In this document: positions 52,258-64,000 of the stretch, one piece after another
Layout of the letters: each line of letters opens with the position of its first letter
Numbering within the stretch: the first letter of the stretch is position 1
Assembly: GCF_009834535.1 (NCBI RefSeq)
Contig: NC_045696.1
Coordinates: 10,170,001 to 10,234,000, forward strand
Source of the DNA: Camelus ferus
Lineage: Eukaryota
Direction: 5' to 3'
Length of the DNA stretch: 64,000 nucleotides
Made by a program: the position numbers and the translations under genes
Notes under the pieces: generated by a model
The model's database searches: none
Seen by the model: the letters and a program-made list of their open reading frames with translations, nothing else
Told to the model about the DNA's origin: nothing

Positions 52258-54084
52258 GTGGGTAATAGTACTCAAAACAGACTTCAAAATGTGAAATTTT
52301 GAAGGGGTATCACCTTAAAAACCACACTTGTTAAAAAACAAACTGCAAAATGCCAAATGCAAGTTATTTTTTAAATGCAGGTAGTTATCTGTGCCAAGTC
52401 CAGATTTGCTTAAGCAATAGTTTTGTTTTTTAAACCTCTATTTTTCTGTGTTTTTTCTTCTTTTCCCCAGTATTATGAACTTAACCAAAATGAATTAGGT
52501 GAACTTTGACACAGTTTAGAAACACCTGGTGCCTCTTTGGTTTTAGTCAGTAAATCAAAATATTTTTGCATCACTTTCTCTTTGTATGTTTCTCACCCTC
52601 TTTTACCCAGTGATACACCTCTGAAGTTGTCTGCTTCCTGTGGTACGCTAGGAAAGGAGATGAGCCACTTACACAGAAACTCAGGGCAGATACAGTTTAT
52701 GATAAACAGGATGTATTGGAGGCTGGGGAGGTCTTGAAAAAATTGAGCTTATCTGAACAGCAATGAATATGGAAGGGAGATAGAAAACAGAGACTGAAAA
52801 AATGAAAAAGAAGAGGAGACAGACAGGAATGGAATTTAATAGAGTGCAGTTAACAGAATTAACATTGGAGTTTACCAGATGAAGAGAAAAGAAGATGAGC
52901 AGTGTAAGTGAAGGCAGGGAAGAAAGAAAGAAAGGGTCATTGAGTGTTAATATGGGTGGTATCTCCCTAAATCCCTCACAAGCCTGTGTCAACTCATTAG
53001 GAGGCAGCATCTCAGAGAATTTAATTAGCTTGTCCAAGAATATACAACTAGAAGGAGGCCTGGAATGGGATGTGAATGCAGGCCTGTCTAACTGTAAAGC
53101 CTGTGTTATTTCCATGGTTACATTATGCTTCTGGCAGAGATTACCAAGAAATGGAAAGGAGGTTAAAGCAGGGGCTGGAGAAAGGAGGAAAATAAGAAAA
53201 AAAGGAAAAAGAGATTGAAATGGAATGGAGAGGAGGAAAAAAAAAAAAGCATTGCCCTTCATAGCTGCTACAGTCCCCTTTCTCTTGTGTCCTCCCTACC
53301 CCCGCCTCCGCCCCTGAGTCTCTGATCCCTACTCAGCTACACCTCAAATCTGAGCAGCTCTAAGAGGAAGTCTCTTTAATGAAAAAGTGCTAAAAGATAC
53401 AAAAATGAAATAAAGACATGTGTCTTTGTTTGCTAATTCAAATTCTGAAATTTTTGAATTCTCTCATTGGCTTATTCTGTTAATGTAATACTTTAAAGCA
53501 GTCAGTTAAAATAGTTTAATTTTCACTAAATCTGCTTAAAATAATCCTGGGAGTTTTTGCTTGTTTTACTTTCAGGATTTTGTTTTGTTTTGTTTTAGGG
53601 GGGCAAGTGGTGGGGAGTGAGTATATGGGTTGGGATTTCTATGACTGAGAAAGGATAAAACGGCCTCTGGTAGAGAAGTACCATATCACATAAATGTGTT
53701 TTTGTACTTTTTAGCTTTCAACTCTATTAAATACTAAATTGCTTAACCTTTCAACTCCAGTTCTTAAAATAGTACCTCTGTGGTTTAGAGATCCTCAGTT
53801 CTGGCTAGATATCCTTTAGCTGTAGAGAACAGTTCTTTGTATCTTGGAACACACTATCTACAAAATGCCCATATTTTTATTTTATTGACTATACCAGCCC
53901 CTTTATTTAAATTGATCCTTACCAATAATGGGTTAGATGAGAAAAAAGTATAATTAGGACTCACTAATTGTTTCAACCATTTAATTCACTTCAGAGAACA
54001 TATTTATTTACTTTTCTTTCTCTCTTTGACTTGTGTTGATCACATAGAGAACAGTACAATTGCCTGACTTCCTGTCCTTTACAG

Positions 54085-54183
54085 CCCGAGTGATCGATTT
54101 ATCTAACGGGAAAGCCCATGTTGCTGAGAGCTGTTTAGAAGAAACAGGTGGCCTCGGTGTAGATATTGTCCTAGATGCTGGAG
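54085..54183 (+). CDS. CRYZL1: CRYZL1 exon 9: (A)[32 protein letters not shown]
   Basis: ttacag|...G|gtgggt; MDR TGGxGVDxVxD motif. Confidence 0.95.
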
Positions 54184-55276
54184 GTGGGTACTTTACTAAA
54201 TCAGTGGTCTGTGTAATTTTTTTAATGCGATAGGTGAATTTCTGGAAAAAAGATACAACCGGAGAATAATTATTTACGCATTTACTAAATTGATATTTAT
54301 CAGTTGTTTTCTTTTTTCTTTTCAACTTTTCTATTTAAATTGGACGTCTTCATTTTATTCTCCTTGTTAACACTGAAAGGGAGAATATGCTTTCCTTTTA
54401 AAGCATAGGCATTGGAGTTTAAGTATCGCTACAAGAAATCTACAAACAGGACCTCGTCGGTGGTTCCCAGATTAGTTCAGGTCTCAGCCAGATGCTTATT
54501 CAGTCAGTTCTGTTGTGTACCGCTGCCCTCTACCGGGTGGTTGACTTCTGCAGTCCCTATTTGGAAAAGCACAGAATTTTCTTGCATTTTCACCTTCCCT
54601 TGAACTTTTGTAGTTCAACCAATATCTATTTAACACCTAATCTGTACACATGTAGGTAGGCCCATCGCACCTAAAAAACAGGTTTCTCAAGCCTGCAAAG
54701 GGATTCCATTTATACTTTGTTAGACTATTGTCTTCTATCATAAGAATCATAATGAATACTTCTATGGCCATCATTTGTGTTTCTTTTTAGCCAGTATTTT
54801 CAAGATTTAAAATTAACTCAGAAAAATATTTCAGCAAAAGTGAATGTAGGCTTCATGTACTTCATTAACTTTTCAAATAGACATTTCAATAATTATGTCA
54901 AAGTATGACTATCTTCAATGTATGAGTTCCTTACTCAGAAGTCAATGTTTCCTAAAGTATTAACCTATCAATTGTATGATTAAAACTATCAGACTTAGTT
55001 ATGTGTATGTTACCTTGCCTGATTTTCAAATTAAAATAACTTTTTATCTTTAGTTATTTCACTTATAATTAAATCTAGAGTAAACTTTATTACTAGTTTC
55101 AGTGCAAAAAGTATATTTTAATGTGTCTGAATACATTGTGTTACCTTTTTCTAAGAAAAATGCTTCCTTGTTCTTACATTAAAAAGAGAACCAGTTTGAA
55201 GAATTAATTTTTTTGTCAGATGAATATAAAATATATTTTCTCTCTCTCTCTCCTCTTTAAACAATTCTTTCGTAAG

Positions 55277-55398
55277 TGAGATTATATACTAAAGACGATG
55301 AGCCAGCTGAAAAATTACAACTACTACCACATAAACATGATATCATCACCCTGCTTGGTGTTGGAGGCCATTGGGTAACAACAGAAGAAAACTTGCAG
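55277..55398 (+). CDS. CRYZL1: CRYZL1 exon 10: (V)[40 protein letters not shown]
   Basis: ttcgtaag|TG...CAG|gtatta; phase matches exon 9. Confidence 0.93.
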
Positions 55399-55470
55399 GT
55401 ATTATCAGAAACAATAAAGCATTACTATTACACCAAAGGGATGTAATTAACAAAGAATAATACCTAAGTA

Positions 55471-55573
55471 TTTTTTTTTAACAAAGTTACTGAGATTGAA
55501 CCCAGGATCTTGTGCATGCTAATCTTGTGCATGCTAAGCGTGTGCTCTACCACTGAGCTAAACCCCCTCCCTC
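55471..55573 (-). mobile_element. Vic-1-like SINE with an internal 15-bp duplication
   Basis: gattgaacccagg(atcttgtgcatgcta)x2 agcgtgtgctctaccactgagcta; flanked by cctaagt direct repeats. Confidence 0.85.
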
Positions 55574-56189
55574 CTGCCTAAGTCTTTTGAGGCAAGTCTT
55601 TTATGGCTAAATTAGTATAAATTCTGAATTATATCCTATTTTTAAAGAAAGGTAAAAAAAATTTTTTTCACTTTTTAGCTACATGTTGAATAAACTGTTG
55701 AAAGTCCTAGCAAAGGAATTTGTTTAACTCTTATTTAGTGGTTTGGAAGTAGTGACTTCTGAATTTTTTAATAGTATTTTTAATAAGAACTTTTTCCTTA
55801 ATAACAAACACTCCTGTTGACATATACTTAACAAAATATTTCTATATAAAATTATGACAATTTCTAGTTATTAAAAATGGAGTTTACAACAAACGTGTTT
55901 GTATATACATTGTCTTCCAAAGTTACATTTCTCAACAAAATTTAAATATTTTTATTGTGGCTGATCATAACTCTCATATACCAGTCTTCATCGATTTTTC
56001 AACATCCTCTCGAAGATGACTGGTGAGTAGCAGCCAGAAATCACATGTGTGCTTGCACGTGTGCCAGCTCCCACTTCATCACCTCTAGATTGGTCTTGCA
56101 TTTGACCTTGCTGTCTCATCATTTTGAACAATGAATTAGAAAAGAAAAACATTATAGTATACATACTGTTATTAAAGTTTGTGTGCTGA

Positions 56190-58337
<2,148 letters not shown>

Positions 58338-58383
58338 GTATCTTAAAAGACGTGATGGAGAAGTTATCAACTGGTGTTTTTAG
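58338..58383 (+). CDS. CRYZL1: CRYZL1 exon 12: (C)ILKDVMEKLSTGVF(R)
   Basis: agctac|GTATC...TTTAG|gtatgc. Confidence 0.93.
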
Positions 58384-58888
58384 GTATGCTAAATGACCAA
58401 ATCATTGTCTTGTTTATTTTTCTCTTCTCAAGGAGATAGGATGGGCATTTCCACTTTTGTTTCAGCTTTCTCAGTACACCTGTTGCCTCTATATTTTGTT
58501 ATTTTGTTTAGATAAATAGCGGCTCTTTAATATTTCTCAAAGTGTGTCTTGTGACACACCAGTAAGTATTCCCTAAGATAGAAGTGGTTCGTGAGTTAAT
58601 TCTTTATTCCATTCCATACAATGCCTCACCCTTTGCTTATCCTCATCACCCCTTCCAAAGCAACTTTAAATAACCCACAGCTTGAGAAGAGGGAGAAGTA
58701 CAATTTTTTTTTTTTCCAGTTGGATCTGTTTATCAAAAAAGATGAGTGGATAAAATAGGTGTTTTTCCCCCTTCAAAATTTAACCACTTTTTATGGTGGA
58801 AATATTAATGGGCAAGTTTGTTTAAGTTGATAAGAGTTGAACTATAGCAATTGTCCACTACCATCCTATGTGCTCTATTCGTCTTTAA

Positions 58889-59026
<138 letters not shown>

Positions 59027-59042
59027 TTTTGTTCTTTCTCAG

Positions 59043-59160
59043 ACCTCAGTTGGATGAACCTATTCCAGTATTTGAAGCCAGAGTTCCCTTGGAAATTGTT
59101 AAGAAAAGTCGAGGAAGACAAAAGCAAGTTTTTACATTTTTAAGCATGTTTTCCTGCTGA
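59043..59160 (+). other. CRYZL1: Tandem duplicate of the CRYZL1 terminal exon (possible alternative last coding segment)
   Basis: ttttgttctttctcag|ACCTCAG...; 80/100 nt identical to 58927-59026 with no indels; open frame [38 protein letters not shown]. Confidence 0.75.
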
Positions 59161-59899
59161 AACAAGATGCTCAGAGTTATTGGAAGTATTTGAAAAGTAC
59201 TTGAAAAATTTGAAAAAAAATCAAACTAAAGGTCAAGACAATTCTATAACATCTAAAGGGAATATTCAGATGCCTTTTTAGTTATTGTTTTTATATATTT
59301 GCCTCTGTTATAAAATTCTTTCCACGAAGGAAACTGCTTTGAGCAGAAGCCACGCTACTCTATCGATAAAGCTGGAGTCTCTTGCTATGCCAAATAACGG
59401 TATTTTGTATCAACTCCATTCTCAACCTACGCCTTTGCTGTTGTAATTTAATCATTTGAATATATTTGCAAGTCCAAAGGATTTAGCCCATAGAAACCTA
59501 AATTGTTTTTCAAATATTCATTCACTCCAGGGATTCCTCCGGATCCAACAGGAGCATCACAGTAACTCGCACGTGGCTGCTGCAGTATTTGCGTGGAAGG
59601 CTTGCCTGGCGATGCTTGGGAAGCGGGGCGGGAGGCTGTCCCTGCATAGCCAGCGTGCTGATTTCCTATCAGGGTTCTCTGTTTTAGGGGTATGGGGAGG
59701 AGGCCCAGGCCGCTCTCTGCAGCTCTGGACTTTGCCACTGCCCTCTGGAAGTTTATGCAAGCAGAAGCTCAAGTGTGATGTTTCCTTTCACCTTGGCGCC
59801 CTGCCCCGGGCTCATCACACCCTGCTGCGGATTTAAATAGCGGTCAGCTACTCTGGTGCCCTGGACCGCCTGCTTCCCAGCCAGTTAGTTCCCAGTGAC

Positions 59900-60720
59900 C
59901 CGACTACAGCCATGGGCACGGCTGGAGAGGCAAGGAAGGGTCCCAGGAAACGCCGGGCACTGGCGCGCCCGCGGCCTCAGAGGAGTGCGGCCGGGGGCGG
60001 GGCCTCGCGGGGCGCCCTAGGGCGCAAGCGCTGAGAGACGCCTCGGGGGCGGGGCCACGCCAGGGGCGGAGCTGGCGTGCGCGGGAAGCGCCTGCGGGGC
60101 AAGCGGACGGCCCCTCGGTCTCCGCCGCGCGTCATGGCGCTCTCCGTGCCCGGCTACTCGCCCAGTTTCAAAAGACCGCCAGAGACCTTGCGGCTCCGAC
60201 GGAAAAGGGGCCGGAGCCTTGGGGTTGCCTCCTCGCCCGAGGAGCGGCCTGAGCCGACGACCCGCCGCGCCGCGCTGGCGGCCGGGCTGCCCCTCCGCCC
60301 TTTCCCGGCGGCGGGCAGGGGCGGCGGTGGCCCGGCCGCGGCCCGGCGGAACCCCTTCGCCCGCCTGGACAACCGGCCGCGGGCCGCCGCCGAGCCTCCG
60401 GACGGGCCGCCCCGCGGCCAGCGGGAGGCGCCGGGCTCGGTGAGTGTCTTTGTGCCCGGGAGCCGAGGGGCTCTTGTGGTTCGTGGGTCCACTGGGCTGT
60501 GCAGTGGGGATGGCAAGTTCTCACGTTCCAGGAGGGAAATGGGCGCGAAGTTGAAGCCGCCCACGGCGCCGGGGATCCCTGAGTTCCGGGGGTGGCTGCT
60601 CCGAGAGGTCGGGCTGGCGTGAATGTGCCCCGTGAGCTGCCGCCGGACGCGCGGGGCTGGCCGGGCGTCGGCGGGTCCTGAGGAAAAGACCCGCGGTCTG
60701 GCCCGGGGACTTTGGGCTCC
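59900..60720. promoter_or_regulatory. DONSON: DONSON CpG-island promoter
   Basis: CpG-dense; GC boxes (GGGGCGGGG twice, GGGGCGGAG); E2F-like TGGCGCGC at 59961 and GCGCGGGAA at 60079-60087. Confidence 0.85.
60134..60439 (+). CDS. DONSON: DONSON exon 1: [25 protein letters not shown]...[13 protein letters not shown]...EAPGS
   Basis: gtcATGG start; donor TCG|gtgagt; matches the recalled DONSON N-terminus. Confidence 0.95.
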
Positions 60721-61176
60721 AGCCCTCTGGTGTGGCATTCGAGATTGGTGGGAAGATTGCTCGACTACTGGCAGCCCATGGTTTGCTGGGAAGATTACAA
60801 GACCCACTTCCCTGCGTGCTTCATTGCTTCCCTTCTCACGCGCTCAAAATTGGAAGGATGCTGAGGATTCGTGGGGTCAGAATTTGCTAGTATTTGTCTT
60901 AGCCAAAACCTTCTGGGTCTTTTGAATTGAGATTATTGATTATTGAATTATTGTTAGCTGCACACATCACCTGCCGTTCCCCCCCCCCCCCCCCCCATTT
61001 TGATAGCAAAGTCCAGACACAAAAATGTAGTGAAACACTCTGATGTCCCAATTTGGGCTCGTGTGAATTCCTGCACTTGGCATTTACTGAGAAACTTGTA
61101 TGCCAGTGCGTCCCTGTGTTTAAAGCAAACTCCAGTGTCATTTATAATGTAAATGGACCTTTGTTTTTAACCTCAG

Positions 61177-61257
61177 TTTTTAGATTCTAATCAAGAAAAT
61201 GATTTACTATGGGAAGAGAAGTTTCCTGAAAGAACAGCTATTACTGAACTACTCCAG
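61177..61257 (+). CDS. DONSON: DONSON exon 2: [27 protein letters not shown]
   Basis: cctcag|...CAG|gtaata, phase 0/0. Confidence 0.93.
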
Positions 61258-62344
61258 GTAATACTTTTTAAGTGTCATTAGAATGTATATTTTTATAAAT
61301 TCGTGCTTCTCAGAAGCATTTTACTTGGAAAATAGTTTCACAGAGTCCTGAGTGATAAAGGATTTGGTATGTTGTAGTAATGTTTATAATGTGTATAATG
61401 TTTATAATTTAGCGCTGCTAAAATGGGTGTAGATGTGGGTTTTCCTTCCACCCCCAAAATTTCTGATACTCTTCTGTGGGTGGTGACAACTCCAGCTTGT
61501 CACTCAGAGCCAACCCCTCCAGGCTTAGCTGCTTTTTGAACTTAATCCTTCACTGAATCTTCAAATCCCCAGATGATCTCCACAAGTTTTGTCCTATCAC
61601 TGAACCTCACTACCACCACCGCCACACACAGAGCATACTCTTCTTGGTTCCATCCCTCAGCTACTTCTTTGGTGATAGTTCAAGAAAAGCGTAGTTTGTC
61701 CTAATGCGAGCAGGGTCTTCCTTCCATGCAAATAAATGGCCTTCATGGGTTCTGTTGGAATTCCCCTTCCCTGTTACTTTTTTATAATGTCATCCAAAAG
61801 AATCCTTGTAATGGAGAGAAGACTGAATTGAAAGAACAGCAAAATAGTTTGGGAGGAAGTTTTGAGATCAGTATATGCTTCTTAAATATGACCTTTAAGA
61901 GCCCAACTTAAGTTACCTACAAGAACAGCTTAGCCCTGGGTCCAGAGTTTTAGAGGCTTAAAGGGTACTCTTCAAAAAAAAAATACTTGGAAGATTTGTG
62001 CTTTAGTAGTATCAGTAGTAGATTTTTTTTTAATTATCATGAAAATAGTGTATCTCTTATAACTAAACTGTATAGAACCATAATAAACTAAAAAGTGAAA
62101 ACTGCCCTTCACCACCCCCACCCCCAACAACAATTTACACTTTCCAGAGATAATCACTGTGAAGTTTAGTGTAGCTCTTTCCAGACTTTTTCCACAGTGG
62201 GTGTATATTTTCAATGTTATTTATTATACAATTGATGGCATTTTGAAATTTCAGTGATCATGAGTGTTAATTGATGAATTCTGTATATTGAAGGGTTTTT
62301 TTCTTGGTACTCTACTAATTTTTGTGTTCTTTGTTTCCTAAAAG

Positions 62345-62548
62345 ACTCCTCACGTATCAGTCTCCGAACCTGATATTCCGTCCTCAGAAAGTACTGAGTT
62401 ACCTGTGGACTGGAGTATTAAAACTCGACTCCTTTTCACCTCTTCTCAGCCCTTTACCTGGGCAGATCATCTGAAAGCACAGGAAGAGGCTCAAGGTGTC
62501 ATCCAGCATTGTAGGGCAACAGAAGTTACTTTGCCTCAAAGTATACAG
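62345..62548 (+). CDS. DONSON: DONSON exon 3: [51 protein letters not shown]...LPQSIQ
   Basis: ctaaaag|...CAG|gtaatt; conserved [12 protein letters not shown] block. Confidence 0.95.
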
Positions 62549-63506
62549 GTAATTCTCAAAGTAAATAGCTATGTTTTAAGCTAACAAATTAAGTGTAAAA
62601 TGTACTTCTCTGCAGAATATCAGAGATAGTTCCATTAAGTTTTTCTTCTGACATTTAAAACACAGAAAGTTGGGAAAATTTTTAATTTCCCAAATGATAC
62701 TTTCATACTTTTTAAAATCAGATTCAGTAACTACTCATTAAATTTAGAGAGCTATCCTGAGAATAAGTCAGTGTTGCATGGAGGAATTGTTTAAACTAAT
62801 CATTCTTTTCTAAGGCTTTTTGAGAAAGAAAATGTAAGGAAAAGAAATGAAAAGCAGTTGAGTAGGATTGCCAAGGCAGATTGGTTATTTTACTGATTTT
62901 TTTCACGTAATATATACTCTGTTTTTTAAATGCACTAATTCTTGCCATTAGGGTGATGGTCTGTTTTAAATTCAGTAGAGTTAATAATGAGTTCTGGAAT
63001 GATTTTAGAGAAATGTAATTGCATTACTTTCAAGGAGCTCATCAACTCAAACCAGGTTATAAGAGATTACCTAAAAGAGGCCTGTCTTTTTCGACAAATA
63101 GATCTGGATGATTTGTGATTCACATCATTTTTACTGGCTACTTTTGGAACCGTTTGTGAGGGAAGGAGGTTGAACATAGTGTTTCCTACACATGCATCCC
63201 CACACACACCCCTGCTCTCGTGGTAGAGATAGTTACTGTTCTCAAGGGTGGTAGAGACAGGCGAATGTTCCCATCTGTGTCTGAGTGTTCCTTCTAATAT
63301 GTGGTTTAACAGATTGTAATTGCTGGCAGATAAGGTTTTCCTAAACAATAATAAACTACATTTTAGCCCCTGTAACAGTTACTAACACTTTCCTATAGGA
63401 AGCAGTAAAGATTCTGAGAATGTGTTTAGTATATTCAGTGTCTTTTTAATTAAATTCTCTACTTTTAATGGGGCAAAAACTGTCCAACGTTTTGTCTGGA
63501 TTTTAG

Positions 63507-63685
63507 GATCCCAAACTCTGCACTGAGCTCCGTTGTGCCTTCCAGCAGAGCCTTATCTATTGGCTCCACCCTGCCTTTTCTTGGCTACCACTGTTCCCTC
63601 GTATTGGAGCGGACAGAAGAATGGCTGGAAAGACAAACCCATGGTCGAATGATGAAACCCTGCAACACAATTTAATGAGTGACTG
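63507..63685 (+). CDS. DONSON: DONSON exon 4: [59 protein letters not shown](W); gene continues past window end
   Basis: ttttag|...TG|gtaaga. Confidence 0.95.
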
Positions 63686-64000
63686 GTAAGATTAGTAAAA
63701 ACTTGTACAACCCAGTAGCGAATTTTCATTTTAGCAGTATTCTCACCTTATTTTATGATGTGGAAATGTAAAGTGGTAGAAGGATTTCTATGTCCTTCTG
63801 AATTATTTAAACTGTTAATAACCAAGATTTAAACTGTTTACTTTTTTAGCTCTTATTCACTCTTTATGCAGTTGTGGAATATATATGTGTTCGATAAGTA
63901 TATAGAGACATAATTTTTTTAACATACAGAAAACCTCTTTATTGAAGAATAACTTAATGTACACAGACTCTTCTAAGTGTACAATTAAATGCCTTTTAGT

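Noticed and set aside
52681..53262. 193-aa minus-strand ORF
   Set aside because: Phe/Leu/Ser-rich product from the reverse of a purine-rich intronic tract; no homology recognised
60077..60133. GTG-initiated N-terminal extension of DONSON
   Set aside because: Lies among promoter motifs near the probable TSS; ATG 60134 has good context and matches the known N-terminus
60154..60807. 217-aa minus-strand ORF and other overlapping ORFs
   Set aside because: Antisense shadows of the GC-rich DONSON exon 1
63060..63350. Possible snoRNA or cryptic exon in DONSON intron 3
   Set aside because: No convincing C/D or H/ACA box pair with terminal stem, and no strong splice-site pair

Overview
Mammalian genomic DNA, most likely a camelid given the recurrent tRNA-derived Vic-1-type SINE. 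It covers the ITSN1-CRYZL1-DONSON cluster. Bases 1-28864 are repeat-rich intron 1 of ITSN1 (minus strand; only the non-coding first exon, ~28865-29150, is present). ITSN1 shares a CpG-island bidirectional promoter with CRYZL1 (plus strand). All 12 CRYZL1 coding exons were read by hand and join into an intact 1050-nt CDS (349 aa); one intron is a U12-type AT-AC intron. DONSON starts about 1.1 kb after the CRYZL1 stop, and its exons 1-4 are present. The most notable observations concern CRYZL1: (i) a tandem duplicate of the terminal coding exon with its own acceptor and an open frame; (ii) a competing CAG acceptor next to the U12 AC site that would give an NMD-escaping alternative C-terminus; (iii) inverted SINEs around exons 2-3, which would form a stop-free 150-nt circle; (iv) an in-frame upstream ATG in exon 1. 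I found no wholly new biological system. Gene and repeat names come from recalled similarity, not database searches, and repeat boundaries are approximate.
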